Positions 17,359 to 27,534 of a stretch of DNA of 64,000 nt are shown here, piece by piece. Positions within the stretch are counted from its first letter, which is position 1; each line of letters begins with the position of its first letter. The stretch is from Candidatus Marinacidobacterium sp. Lineage in GTDB: Bacteria > Acidobacteriota > Vicinamibacteria > Marinacidobacterales > Marinacidobacteraceae. Made by a program: the position numbers and the translations under genes. The notes below the pieces were generated by a model that saw only the letters and a list, made by a program, of their open reading frames with translations, was not told the origin of the DNA and searched no databases. Location: the NCBI GenBank assembly GCA_965220965.1, contig CBDCRI010000001.1, forward strand, positions 256,001-320,000. The letters are read 5' to 3'.

Positions 17359-18486
17359 TCAGGCGTCGGGGGCATCGGCCAGCCGCTGAACTGCCGCGGA
17401 GTAGAATTCGGGAACGACCTCCGCACTGCGACACGCCCGATCAAGGCGAAGCGAGCACACCGCCGCTGGACACAGGCCGCCGAAGGGTTCCCAAACCGCG
17501 TCGCCGGGGTCAGTGGTCGCACTGATCGACCTCTCCACGAATTCCAGCGGCTTTTGGCTGCCGTGCAGGCTCTTGTACTTCCACCGCATTCCCTGACGCT
17601 CCCCGTTGATCCGTTCCTTGCCGGCCACCTGTGACTTGCGCCACACGTTGGTGACCCCGGCGGAGCAGCGGAACTTTGCGCGCATGCGGGACCATTGCTT
17701 GGCCGTTGTCGGCTGCTTGCCGTCTTGGCTGAAATAGGGTTTGCCGGCGGAGTGTCCGTGCTTGTTGGCGTAGTCAACGAGCCGTGCGAACGCCTCCGGC
17801 GGTGGGTAGTACCAGAGGTGATCGGCGGTTAGGTACTTTCGCGTGGCGGCATTGGCGACGCCGCAGGCATCGTTGGCCAAGCGCAAGGGCAGCCCGGCGC
17901 GGCGCCACTCGTGGCGGAGCCACTCCTGCATGGTCAGCGGCTTGCCGGACTCGGACGTGAAGCTCGCGGCCTTGACGTACTGGGCGCACACTTCCGTCAC
18001 CACGGGGAATTTCCGAAGCGTGCGGGTGTTGGCATTGCCAGCGATGTGGCCCAAGCCCTTGTCCCAGATGTGGCAGCTTCGGTACTCCCAGCCGTGCTCG
18101 GCCAGCAGGGGGTGAACGGTGGCCCAGCCGAGCTCGGAGTTCCAGAACCACAGCGTCGTCTCAGGCGTTGACCGCCTGGCCCAAGCCTCGACGTGAGGGC
18201 GGTACCAGTCAACGAGGCCATGGGCGGAGTGCAGGTCCCCCGGGAATCCGCTCAGGCCGCACGGCCCGTCCGCGATGATGCATGTCGGCGCCGGCCACTG
18301 TCCGTAGAGGGACTCCGCAGGACCAAAGTGAATCGTTGAAGCGGCTCGCTGGAAGGACTGGGGGTCAATCCACGCGGATGACGAAGCGTCCTCCATGCCG
18401 GTCGGCGCCGCATTCGTGCCGATTGGGGGGAATGGAGCTTGTGGTTCCGGAAACGGCGACCCTTGGCTGTCCGATTCACGCATCAT
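17359..18486 (-). CDS. N6/N4 (beta-class) DNA methyltransferase with altered catalytic motif
   Basis: ADGPCG at motif IV, HGSQKP, VWEPFGG. Confidence 0.8.
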   Translation of the reverse strand: MMRESDSQGSPFPEPQAPFPPIGTNAAPTGMEDASSSAWIDPQSFQRAASTIHFGPAESLYGQWPAPTCIIADGPCGLSGFPGDLHSAHGLVDWYRPHVEAWARRSTPETTLWFWNSELGWATVHPLLAEHGWEYRSCHIWDKGLGHIAGNANTRTLRKFPVVTEVCAQYVKAASFTSESGKPLTMQEWLRHEWRRAGLPLRLANDACGVANAATRKYLTADHLWYYPPPEAFARLVDYANKHGHSAGKPYFSQDGKQPTTAKQWSRMRAKFRCSAGVTNVWRKSQVAGKERINGERQGMRWKYKSLHGSQKPLEFVERSISATTDPGDAVWEPFGGLCPAAVCSLRLDRACRSAEVVPEFYSAAVQRLADAPDA

Positions 18487-18542
18487 GTCCGTTGACCCGA
18501 AGCTTCATTGTACGTGGGTTGAATCCCAAGCGGTGGCTGGCG

Positions 18543-19010
18543 ATGCAGCGGTTGTCGGAGCAGATCGGTCGAGTCCTGAAAAACGACAGGAGCGAGCGCT
18601 TGATTTCGTTCCTGCATGAGCCGACGCGCCGGCTCCCCAAACAACCGGAGCGCGGCCCTCGCTTGGATGAGCCATCCGGCGCAAAAGCCTGGCGTGATTG
18701 CCTCTAAGTGCCTGAAGGGCCATCGACACGTGCTCGCGCCCCGCTTCGCGACTGGCAGCGCCAAGGCATGCGACCTGATGAAAGCCTCCATTTGGAAGGT
18801 TGACGACTCCGGAGGCCATGCGCCTTCGCAACGGCATTGCCGGCGCCCCATCCCTGCTTGAGACGGATGCAACGCCGCTGGCGCAGCGGCTTAGGGGAGA
18901 GTTCGGCACGAACTGGACCAAAGCCGAGGGCCGTGACGAATTCGCCATGGGCGGCAGGACGCGTTTCCATGAAGGCCACCTGCGGAATTCCTGCTGCGCC
19001 CTGCTGAGCG
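18543..19010 (+). pseudogene. tcmP: degraded three-Cys-motif partner (TcmP-like) gene
   Basis: fragments in three frames: SERLISF..EP, LMKASIWKVDDSG, LRGEFG...TRFHEGHLR; adjacent to DUF5131. Confidence 0.5.
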
Positions 19011-19072
19011 CAAGGGCGAGATTTCAGTGCTCCGCCCGCAAGGGGGGAAGGGCCTCCCGGCGGGGAGGGACA

Positions 19073-19909
19073 TCAAAACCCGCTTCGACTGGCCGGCAAG
19101 CCGTCCCAAGTCCTGCCGCCGAGAACGCGACCGGCCGCCTTCTTGCCGAATCGGCCCATAGGGGCGGAATGGGCGCCCCCATTGACCACGGCCCTTGGCA
19201 CTGCCCCGGGCACCGCATCGACCGGCGCCCAGTCCCCCCATTGCTTGAAATGGAAGGGCGTGCCGTGCGCTGCGCACTCGTCCCGGATGCCATGGAACCA
19301 ACTGGGATCGCTCGGCCTCGCCTGCGGGCCGCTTTCACCGCCGGCGATGACCCATTGGACGGACCCGGACTCCAACCAAGGCCCGAGCTCAACTTGGTCG
19401 AGAAGCGGTTCACAGGAAACGAACCGAATGCGCGCACCCGCATGGGCAAGGTGGGGAAGGCGCTTGTCCGCCCAACGCTGGCTTTCAACTGTGGCGCCAA
19501 GCCACACGTTGGCAGGCCAGTCGCCCTTCCAGGGCACCAGCCGCTGCGCCAAATGGGGCCGTTTGGTCAGCAGCAGCCAATCCAGATTTGGCGTCGCTTC
19601 GATGAGCTCCCACAACCGACGCCTCCAAGGCGCCAACCCCTTCCCCCACTCGAAGACATCCGCCATCGATGCGCAGAAAACGCGAAATCGCGTTCCGGTT
19701 CGAGCCGCCTCCTGGTTCCACGCGTGAGGCTGCCGCCAATACGCGACGCTTTGAAAGCGACGCGGCTTCCCGGCGGACCAGACGTCAAGCCCCAGACGCC
19801 TTGCCCAGGCTTCAGCGTAGCAGTGGTCGCAGGCCGGAGAGACCTTTGTGCAACCCCACCATGGATTGAAGGTGTGGTCCGTCCATTCGATCCTAGAATC
19901 ACGCGCCAT
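19073..19909 (-). CDS. DUF5131 / phage Gp37-Gp68 family protein
   Basis: IEWTDHTFNPWWGCTKVSPACDHCYAE, SMADVF, LLTKRP, SCEPLL, GGESG, FKQWG. Confidence 0.92.
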   Translation of the reverse strand: MARDSRIEWTDHTFNPWWGCTKVSPACDHCYAEAWARRLGLDVWSAGKPRRFQSVAYWRQPHAWNQEAARTGTRFRVFCASMADVFEWGKGLAPWRRRLWELIEATPNLDWLLLTKRPHLAQRLVPWKGDWPANVWLGATVESQRWADKRLPHLAHAGARIRFVSCEPLLDQVELGPWLESGSVQWVIAGGESGPQARPSDPSWFHGIRDECAAHGTPFHFKQWGDWAPVDAVPGAVPRAVVNGGAHSAPMGRFGKKAAGRVLGGRTWDGLPASRSGF

Positions 19910-20071
19910 GGAGCGATCCTCGCCAGTTGCTGAAGGGTTATCCCCAAAACCCACATATGGTCACATGTACAGCTTACCGCATGTTGGCAGCGAATGGACC
20001 TGCCCGCCAGTGGGACGAATGAACCGTACGGAAGGCGCGGGCGGCGCCAAGGGCCGGCGCGGCGGCGAAGG

Positions 20072-21163
20072 TCAGGCCGGTCCCGGGCCGAGGCCGGCCC
20101 GCGGCGCGGCCGGGCGCTGCCAGGGGGCGAGCGCGTCTCCGGAGGGCCGGCGCACCGGCATGCCGCCTCCGGGGCCCTCGCGAAAGGCCCGCCCAGGCCC
20201 GCTGCCGCCACGCACGGCATTGCCGGCCCCGGGGCCGACGTGGCGGGCGTCGCCGCCTCCGGGGCCGATCACGTAGAGCGTGCCTTGGCCGGCGGCCTCG
20301 ACGTCGAGCCGGTCTCCGGCCCGGACGCGCACGACCATGTCGCGTCCGTCGAGCGTGACCGAAGCCGACTCGGCGTCCGCCGGCAGGCCGAGCGCGCGGC
20401 GCAGCGCCGCGGCGTCGAACTCCGCCATTGCGGGCACCTCGCAGTCCCACGGGATCGCGTCCGGCGCGTCGAGCGCCCCGGCCTCGATGCGGAAGCGTTC
20501 GCGGTCGATGTCGTCGGCAAGCCGCGCGCTGTCCCCTGCCCGCAAGCTCCGGAAGGAGGCCTCCCTGGTGGAGGCGCTGAGGCGCAACGCGTAGTCGAGC
20601 GCGGGCGAGGCCGCGCGCCAGCCACGGACCTCCGCCTTCGAGCCGAAGCTGGCCAGCGCCTGGCAGTAGCGCTCGAAGGGATTCTTGAGCCCGCGCTGCC
20701 GCAGCAGCGCGGCCGCCACGCGAAGCCCGTGCGGAACGCTTCGCGGACCCCCAGCCAGGCGGGACGCAGCGAGCAGGAGGGCGCCCTCGACCTCCCAGCG
20801 GACGCGGCCGGGGCGGCCGGACCACTCATCCGCCCCGGCTGCCGAGTCGAAGCCCACCGCTGCCAGCGCGAGCCGCCGCGTGGCCGGATCCGGCGCTCCC
20901 ATTGCCAGCGCGTCGGCCAGGCAGCGCTTGCGCGTGCGGAGGTTGGGGCGGCGGGGTTCGCGGCCGGATGGGGCTGCCAGGAAGGATGCCCGCAAATTGC
21001 CCTGCCGCGGGTGCGCGGGAATCGGCCAAAACGACGCGTCCGGGTCGCCCCCGACCCTCCAAAGGGCCGGGTGCGGCAGCAGCGCGGCCGCCGTCTCCAG
21101 CGCGCAGCGCGTCTTGACGTCCTGGAACGCCGCCCGAGCGGCGCCTTCCGATTGCCCCACCAT
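20072..21163 (-). CDS. hypothetical protein
   Basis: TACAAT 7 nt before ATG (leaderless-type start); long ORF. Confidence 0.5.
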   Translation of the reverse strand: MVGQSEGAARAAFQDVKTRCALETAAALLPHPALWRVGGDPDASFWPIPAHPRQGNLRASFLAAPSGREPRRPNLRTRKRCLADALAMGAPDPATRRLALAAVGFDSAAGADEWSGRPGRVRWEVEGALLLAASRLAGGPRSVPHGLRVAAALLRQRGLKNPFERYCQALASFGSKAEVRGWRAASPALDYALRLSASTREASFRSLRAGDSARLADDIDRERFRIEAGALDAPDAIPWDCEVPAMAEFDAAALRRALGLPADAESASVTLDGRDMVVRVRAGDRLDVEAAGQGTLYVIGPGGGDARHVGPGAGNAVRGGSGPGRAFREGPGGGMPVRRPSGDALAPWQRPAAPRAGLGPGPA

Positions 21164-21201
21164 GCCGACCATTGTAGCGTTCGGCTGGCGCGCCGTCCGC
21201 C

Positions 21202-21657
21202 TCAGGGACCAGGTGGGGCCGGCTTGGCCAGCAGGCCCTTGGCTTCGCAGTGCGGGCGCAGCCCGGACTCCTTCAGGAACGCGGGCACGACGAAGGCCAG
21301 GGCCGTGCCGCACTGCGCGTCCACCAGCCGCCCTCCGCCGTCCGCAAACTGCCCGAAGGCGCGGCACAGCTCAATGGCCTCGGCCTCGCACTGGATGGGG
21401 CCCATCCCCTCGCAGAAGACCTCCTCGATGAGGGCCGTGCCCCTCGGCCAAGCGTCCCCGCCGTCCCCCGTCATGCCGTCGGCCATCACCGCCAGCATGC
21501 CCTGCAGGCCGCGCCACTCCGAGCAGGTCATGTCGACGTCGCCCGCCGCGGCATGCGCCCCCGCGTGCGCGGCCAGCGCCAGCAGCGCGAAGGCGCCTGC
21601 ACGCGCCGAGCCGACGATCGATGCGCGGCGCCGCCGTCGATGAAGCCCAGCCAACAT
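21202..21657 (-). CDS. secreted six-cysteine protein (paralog 1)
   Basis: signal peptide ending AHA; strongly similar to 23397-23861. Confidence 0.7.
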   Translation of the reverse strand: MLAGLHRRRRRASIVGSARAGAFALLALAAHAGAHAAAGDVDMTCSEWRGLQGMLAVMADGMTGDGGDAWPRGTALIEEVFCEGMGPIQCEAEAIELCRAFGQFADGGGRLVDAQCGTALAFVVPAFLKESGLRPHCEAKGLLAKPAPPGP

Positions 21658-21902
21658 GGGGGCAGCTTGGCGGCTCCCCACCGGCGTGTCAACGGCGGCG
21701 CCGCAAGCCCCGCCAGCGCCCGTTCGGCCCTCAGCGGGCTGGGGCGGACCGGACCCTGGCCGGGCGGAAGTTGCTAGACTGCCTGCATGGTTGGGAATGC
21801 GCCCAAGGTGGGGGCCGCGGCGGGGCCGGAAGCCGCCGGGACGGGAGGCGCTCCCTCTCGGGGCGAGGCCCTGAATCCGGCCGGACGACCGGGCGCGTAG
21901 CC

Positions 21903-23186
21903 GTGCCCTGGCTGGACCGCCACAGGGAGAGCGAGCGCCTCGCCGGCGCGGCCGAGGCCGCCGCCCGCGAAGGCCGTGCCCAGGCCGCGCGCGAGCTGCG
22001 CCTGCAGGCGCCGCCCATGCGCACCCCGGGGAGGCCCGTCTCCCTTGAGGCGTTCCTCGCCGACCCCGTGGATCCGGAGCGTTCGGGGATCTTCGCCGGC
22101 CGCGCCGCCGAACTGCAATGGCTGCATGCGCAGGTCGCGACGATGCGCGGCATGTGGGAGCGCCGCGGCGAGGTGCGGGGCTCGATGCGGACGGTCACCG
22201 GGTGTCCCGGCATCGGCAAGACCGCCTTGCTGCGGCGGTTCGCCGACCGATGCGCGGACGAGCTCCTGACCGTCGAGGCAACGCCCGACGACCTGCGGTC
22301 CTTGGAGGCGCTGAACGAACGAGCCAGGGCGCGGGTCGCGCCCGCTTTGGGCGCCCTCCCCGAGGCCGAGCTCGCAACCTTCAGGCTCGACGCCGCCGGG
22401 CGGTTCCTGGGCAGGCTTGCCGAGCGGCACGGGATCGAGCGGCACGGCGTCCTGCTGCTGCTCGACGATGCGCAGCAGGTCGCGCAAGGCCATCACGATG
22501 CGGCCATCCACTTCCTGCACACCGGCTCGCTGGGCCAGCCGGTCTTCCCGTTCCTGTTCGGCTTGAACGGCACGCGCGACGCCCTTGAGCGGGCCGGCGC
22601 CCCGCGCGTTCCGCCGGAGAGCCGCATCGGCCTGTCGACGCTGCCTCCCGAGGACGCCGCAGCCGCGCTGCGCAACTTCGAACGGGCCTTCTCCGTGGAG
22701 GCGCCGCCGGACTTGGCCCAGCGCCTGTTGGCGGACAGCCGGGGCTTTCCGCAGCACCTGGACTCCGCCCTGCGGTCGCTGGGCGAGGAGTGGCTGAGGG
22801 CGGGGCGCCGAAAGGACCGCCTTGACGCAGCCGCGGTGGTGCACAGGGCACGGGCGCTGCGCGAGGCGTACTGCGAAGGCCGCTTCGGACCGCTGGCCAA
22901 AGACCCCCGCGCTGCCGGGCTGGTCGATGTCGCGAACCGGCAGGGCCTGACCGTTGCGCAACTGCACGTCGCGGCCACCCGGGCGCACCGGGACGGCGGT
23001 TGCGGTGCGAAGGAGGCGGAGGATGCGGCCACGGCCCTTGTTGCCGCCCTGTTTCGGGCCGGCGCGCTCTCCGAGGGCGACGACGGCATCTGCCGGACGC
23101 CCATTCCGTCATTCCTGGCGTGGATCCGCGACACGCGGAGCGGCGGGCGCCGCGCCGGGCCAGCGCCGCGCCGGCCTTCCCCGTGA
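21903..23186 (+). CDS. AAA+/STAND-like P-loop ATPase (start uncertain)
   Basis: FAGRAAEL, Walker A GCPGIGKT, Walker B LLLLDDAQ, GFPQHL. Confidence 0.75.
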   Translation: MPWLDRHRESERLAGAAEAAAREGRAQAARELRLQAPPMRTPGRPVSLEAFLADPVDPERSGIFAGRAAELQWLHAQVATMRGMWERRGEVRGSMRTVTGCPGIGKTALLRRFADRCADELLTVEATPDDLRSLEALNERARARVAPALGALPEAELATFRLDAAGRFLGRLAERHGIERHGVLLLLDDAQQVAQGHHDAAIHFLHTGSLGQPVFPFLFGLNGTRDALERAGAPRVPPESRIGLSTLPPEDAAAALRNFERAFSVEAPPDLAQRLLADSRGFPQHLDSALRSLGEEWLRAGRRKDRLDAAAVVHRARALREAYCEGRFGPLAKDPRAAGLVDVANRQGLTVAQLHVAATRAHRDGGCGAKEAEDAATALVAALFRAGALSEGDDGICRTPIPSFLAWIRDTRSGGRRAGPAPRRPSP

Positions 23187-23396
23187 TCCGGGGAATGGCG
23201 CCCCCGAGCCCGCCTTTGTGCGCGCATTCGCGCCAAGGGCCACGCCAGCTCGTGCAGCCGCTTGTTTGCGCTGCGGTGCCTGTCGTCACGGCGCCCTGAT
23301 CCGGCCGTTGCCCTGGGAGGCCGGCGCGGGGGGCTGGCGAAAACGGCGGCATGCGCCCGGCAGCCTGCGGCCTCGCCGGATTCCGCGACGTTCTCC

Positions 23397-23861
23397 TCAG
23401 GGACCGGCCTCAGGCCGCCCCTGCCCGTCCAGCAGGCCCTTGGCGTCGCAGTGCGGGCGCAGCTCGGACTCCTTCAGGAACGCGGCCGCGGCGAAGGCCA
23501 AGGCCGTGCCGCACCGCGCGTCCACCTGTCGGAGCAACTGCACGTCCTCGAACTGCGCGACGGCGCGGCACAGCTCAATGGTCCAGGCCTCGCACTCGAT
23601 GGGACCAATCTCCCTGCAGAAGGCCTCCTCGATGAATGCCGTGCCCCTCGGCACAGCGTCCTCGCCGTCCTGCGCCATGCCGTCGGCCATCTCCGCCAGC
23701 ATGCCCTGCAGGCCGCGCGAATTCGGGCAGGTGAATTCTAGGTCGCCGGCAGCGGTCTGGGCTCCCGCGTGCGCGGCCTGCGCCAGCAGCGCCAAGGCGG
23801 CCGCAAGGGCCGCGCCGCCGATTCGGGCGCGGAACCGCAGCCATTCCAGTTCGCCTTTCAT
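23397..23861 (-). CDS. secreted six-cysteine protein (paralog 2)
   Basis: signal peptide; RGLQGMLA..ADGM, CGTALAF, FLKES.LRPHC shared with paralog 1. Confidence 0.7.
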   Translation of the reverse strand: MKGELEWLRFRARIGGAALAAALALLAQAAHAGAQTAAGDLEFTCPNSRGLQGMLAEMADGMAQDGEDAVPRGTAFIEEAFCREIGPIECEAWTIELCRAVAQFEDVQLLRQVDARCGTALAFAAAAFLKESELRPHCDAKGLLDGQGRPEAGP

Positions 23862-24136
23862 GGACGGGAGATTGGTGGGTCTCCCCTCGGCTGTCAATGG
23901 GGGGGCGGCCCGGCCCATGCCGGCGCTGTCCGAACTCGACGCCTAGCGGCCCCGAGCGCTCGGGGCTCACCGCCGGCCGCGCTTGGGCCGGCCCTTGCCG
24001 CGGCGCTTGCGGCCGCGCTGCTCCGGCGGCCGCGCCGCCGCCTCGCGCACGGCCCGCTCCACCTCGGCGAACCGGTCATCCGGCTCGCCGCCGCTCATGG
24101 CATCGCTCCCAAGCGTGGGCTGCGGCGGCGTGCGCA

Positions 24137-24391
24137 TCAGGGGCTTGGCCCCGGCCGCGGCGAGCGGGCCGCCGCAGCCAGCCAAGCCTCCTCCGTGGGA
24201 GCCGTGATGGTCGCAACCGCGTTTTCGGCGGCGTATTGGACGCCTTCGGCAACGGTGTCGAACACCTCCAAGGAGATCATGTCCTGCGCCCGACCGGCCT
24301 CGGAGCTTTCGATGCGCAGGAACACCTCGCAGGCGCCGGTCTTGCCCAGCTCCTGCACGTCGATGCAGATCGTGTGCGTGGGGTCGCTCAT
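24137..24391 (-). CDS. hypothetical protein
   Basis: GGAGAGG RBS; TGCCATAAT upstream. Confidence 0.5.
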   Translation of the reverse strand: MSDPTHTICIDVQELGKTGACEVFLRIESSEAGRAQDMISLEVFDTVAEGVQYAAENAVATITAPTEEAWLAAAARSPRPGPSP

Positions 24392-24487
24392 GGTCCTCTC
24401 CGAAATGGGGTCGGACTCCATTATGGCATCCGGCGGGCCGCCGGCCCCCCGGAGGGCCCGGCGAAGGCGGTGCGGAGCCGGCGCCGC

Positions 24488-24712
24488 CTAGGAGGCCTTG
24501 GGGGATGCGGCCTGCTTGGCCGGGTTGATCCGGATGTGCTTGCGACCGCCCTCCTGGTAGCCGGACTGGCCGCGGGGGATCCGCTGCACGGAGCCGCCCG
24601 CCTTGAGGAAGCGCCGGGTGTCGGCGCGCAGGCGCTCGCGCGCCAGGTCTCGGCCCTCCTTGGAGGCGGTGGGGGGAAGCGCGTGGTAGCGCTCCAGCTT
24701 GCGTTGCGCCAT
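24488..24712 (-). CDS. SutA-like RNA polymerase-binding small protein
   Basis: RERL....RFLKAGGSVQRIPRGQSG resembles the SutA RNAP-binding motif. Confidence 0.55.
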   Translation of the reverse strand: MAQRKLERYHALPPTASKEGRDLARERLRADTRRFLKAGGSVQRIPRGQSGYQEGGRKHIRINPAKQAASPKAS

Positions 24713-24764
24713 GGTCAGGCTCCCGGCGTTGTCGTTGGTGTCCGCGGTCCCCGGGGGGCCGCTC

Positions 24765-25094
24765 TCAGTCCGCCGGCTTCGGCCCCGGATCGGGTCGTCC
24801 CGCCAGCATCGCGCGTATGCGCCTGTCCAGCCCCCCGGTGTACCCGCCGCGGCGCCGCACGGTGCGCTTCTGGCGGATCAGCGCGCAGAGCTGGCAGCGG
24901 CTGTTGTTGGCACGCTCCGGCTCCAGGGGCCGCTCGCAGTCGCGGCACAGGCCGCGGCGCTTGAGCTCCTGCCGGTAGGCCTGGTTCTCGGACTCGCCCT
25001 CCAGGACGTCGTAGTCCTCCACCCCCGGGTCCGGATCGCCCGACTCGTCCTTTCGGTCGCGCTGGGCCTCCCGCCGCAGGAATTCCGGTTCCAT
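24765..25094 (-). CDS. small zinc-finger protein
   Basis: GLCRDC...RCQLC; GGAGG RBS; TGGTATAAT promoter. Confidence 0.6.
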   Translation of the reverse strand: MEPEFLRREAQRDRKDESGDPDPGVEDYDVLEGESENQAYRQELKRRGLCRDCERPLEPERANNSRCQLCALIRQKRTVRRRGGYTGGLDRRIRAMLAGRPDPGPKPAD

Positions 25095-25206
25095 CAGCAA
25101 CCTCCATGGGCGCCGCCGCCCTTTCTAACACAGATATTATACCATAGGCCGGCGCCGGGGCCTGCCGTGGCCTGCCGGGGCCGCGGCGGGGCTGCCCCCC
25201 GGCGCC

Positions 25207-25848
25207 TCAGGGCGAGGGCGAGGCGGCGGCCCTGCGCATGGCGTCGCTGACCGCGCGCCTGCGGCGCCGCTCGGACGGGGCCGCACGCTGAAGGGCCTCG
25301 CGCCCGGCCTGGTCGGGCGGACGCATCAGGGGTGCGGCCAGCCCCAGCGAGGCCTTGGCCCAGGCGTTGACCTCGTCGGGGTCGATGCCGCCCCGGCGCC
25401 TTTCGGCCACGAGCACGGCCTCGGCGACGGCGGCCTCGCCAATGAGCAGCGCATCGCGCGCCGCGGCTGCCGGGGACCGGGGCCGCGCCGCCCGCCCGGG
25501 CAGGCCGGCGGCGATCGAGCGCGCCCTCCATGCCTGCTCAAGCGTCAGGGCGGCCGCGCGGTACGCGCTGTCCGGGCGGGCCAGCTCGTCCTCGAGCCAC
25601 TGCCGCGCCGCCCTGCCGGCCGCCCTCACGCAGCGCTCCTTGGCGTCGTCGGCCATGCGTGCGGACTGCAAGGCCCTGGCGGCGACGCCCTCCTGGGCCG
25701 ACTGGACGCCTTTCAGCGCCTGGGCCATGGCGGTGGGCAGGATGACGAGGGGCTGGCCCGAGGCGAGCGCCGCCCCGTGCAGCAATTGGCGCGTGGCCGT
25801 CCGGGCCAGCAGCCGGCCATCGGGCGCCAAGGGCCGCACCGGCTTCAC
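25207..25848 (-). CDS. hypothetical helical protein
   Basis: ORF with protein-like composition. Confidence 0.45.
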   Translation of the reverse strand: MKPVRPLAPDGRLLARTATRQLLHGAALASGQPLVILPTAMAQALKGVQSAQEGVAARALQSARMADDAKERCVRAAGRAARQWLEDELARPDSAYRAAALTLEQAWRARSIAAGLPGRAARPRSPAAAARDALLIGEAAVAEAVLVAERRRGGIDPDEVNAWAKASLGLAAPLMRPPDQAGREALQRAAPSERRRRRAVSDAMRRAAASPSP

Positions 25849-26097
25849 CGTGCGGCCAATGCGCCTGCGGCGGCGCTTGCAGCGGGTTCGCTCAAGGCGG
25901 CTCCTTGCCGTCGGCCCCTTCCCCCGTGCCCATCATACAGCGGGAGGAGGCTCCGGGCGCAGGCAGCTGGCGCGGCGGCAGGCATGTGCGCTGGAGCCGG
26001 ATTCACGTAACATGCCCGCCCACGCCCGCCCAAGCTTAGCCCCGATGGGGGCTGGGCCTTGCGGCGGTTCGACAACTCTTGGTTGGGAGATGACGGG

Positions 26098-26454
26098 ATG
26101 GGCCGCTTCCTTTGCCTGTGCGCCTTGACGGCCGCCGCCGGGGCGGCGTTGAGTGATGGGGCGAGCCGTTGGGACTGCTACGGAAGCCGCGCCGAGAGGG
26201 ATGCGGGCGTCGGTGACGTGGTTGTGCTCGCCGTCCATCAAGGCGATGCCGGGGAGGTCACCGCAAACGGAATCACGTACGAAGCGGACGTTGATGTCCA
26301 TGGCTTCGACAGGCGCTGGTTCTTCGGACCGCCCCAGGAGGACGGCTCCCGGCCATTCGTGTTCGAGATCGACGCGGGAAGGCAAGGCGAGTACTATGAC
26401 TCCACATTCCTTTTTGCCGAGCCCTCATTGATCGTGCACTGCAGGAGCGGTTAG
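26098..26454 (+). CDS. secreted hypothetical protein
   Basis: GGGAG RBS, signal peptide, two Cys in the mature part. Confidence 0.6.
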   Translation: MGRFLCLCALTAAAGAALSDGASRWDCYGSRAERDAGVGDVVVLAVHQGDAGEVTANGITYEADVDVHGFDRRWFFGPPQEDGSRPFVFEIDAGRQGEYYDSTFLFAEPSLIVHCRSG

Positions 26455-26779
26455 CCGAGGTCCGGGAGGGTTTCAGCGGACGAGCGGCGCCGCCCCTCCG
26501 GACGCCGTCAAGGGCGGCAGCCCCGGTTGGGGCCGTCGGCAGCGGGCCGCAGAGATTCATGCCAACCGCATGGGCACGGCGCAACGCGGCCGGCTCGGGC
26601 GTCCGTGCGGGTTCAGAAACACGTCGGAGCCTGCGCTCGGCAAAGGAAGCGGCGCATTGCGCCCTCGAACCAACAACGAGCTTTCGGTTCGCCACGACCG
26701 CAAGGCCTTGCCAGTGTTTGATAGTGGAGCCCAGATGAGCCACAGTGTCAAAGACACCCGGCAAGCGGGGAAGCGCATC

Positions 26780-27040
26780 ATGGCCGCAAACGAGATTGTG
26801 CGCGCCCGTGTAGACGGGCGGCTTAAGGCGGAGGCCGCCACCATATTGGCCACCATGGGACTCACGATATCCGATTTTGTGCGCATCAGCCTAGCCAAGG
26901 TGGTGAGCGAGCACGGGCTGCCGTTTGACATGCGGGTGCCTAACCCACTGACCGCCGAAACCCTTGCGCGGAGCGAGCGCGGCGAGGATCTCCACCAAGC
27001 TGAAAGCGCCAAAGCCCTGTTTGGGGACTTGGGCATCTAG
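26780..27040 (+). CDS. dinJ: RelB/DinJ family antitoxin
   Basis: VRARVD..LK.EA..IL..MGLTISD...LPF..RVPN..T. Confidence 0.9.
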   Translation: MAANEIVRARVDGRLKAEAATILATMGLTISDFVRISLAKVVSEHGLPFDMRVPNPLTAETLARSERGEDLHQAESAKALFGDLGI

Positions 27041-27110
27041 GTGCGCATCCCGACCGTCAGGGGCAATTCAAGCGTGATCTGAAAGCAGCCCAGAAGCGTG
27101 GCAAGGACAA
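27041..27110 (+). pseudogene. yafQ: frameshifted and truncated YafQ toxin
   Basis: GTG start then out-of-frame GQFKRDLKAAQKRGKD; remainder missing. Confidence 0.7.
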
Positions 27111-27534
27111 TGCCGCGCGGCGCGTGGCGCCGACGGTCCGGAACACGACCCGCAGCCCGTGCGATAGGCATCCAGCAGGCCCGCTTGAGCGTGCTAGGCG
27201 GTCCGGGGCTCCTAGCGCAGCAACGCGATTCGGGTTGGTTCCCAAGGCCCCCCAATTCGGGCGGAGGCAAATGAAACGGGGGGAAGCGGGGTGTCCGTCA
27301 GTGTGAGTTGACATTGGCCCGCGCCCTCGCTCATGATCCCGACGTCGCCTTGATCGGCGCGGATTGAAACATGCAGTTTGTCCCCAAGGACGAAGGCCTT
27401 GAGCCTGGCCCGGCGCCTCAACGGGCGCCGGGCCTCCATGCCGCATCCGCCCCTTCGAGCTCCGCCGCCAGCAAGGACGCCGCCAACGAGGCGTCCCGGC
27501 TGGCGAAGGCTGAGGCGCCCGCGCATGACGCAAT

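Noticed and set aside
17225-17434. Upstream part of the 96-aa ORF 17144-17434
   Set aside because: Crosses the promoter and MTase end; only the part from ATG 17224 fits the transcript.
18483-18979. Minus-strand ORFs between DUF5131 and the MTase
   Set aside because: No motifs; the + strand carries recognisable TcmP-like fragments.
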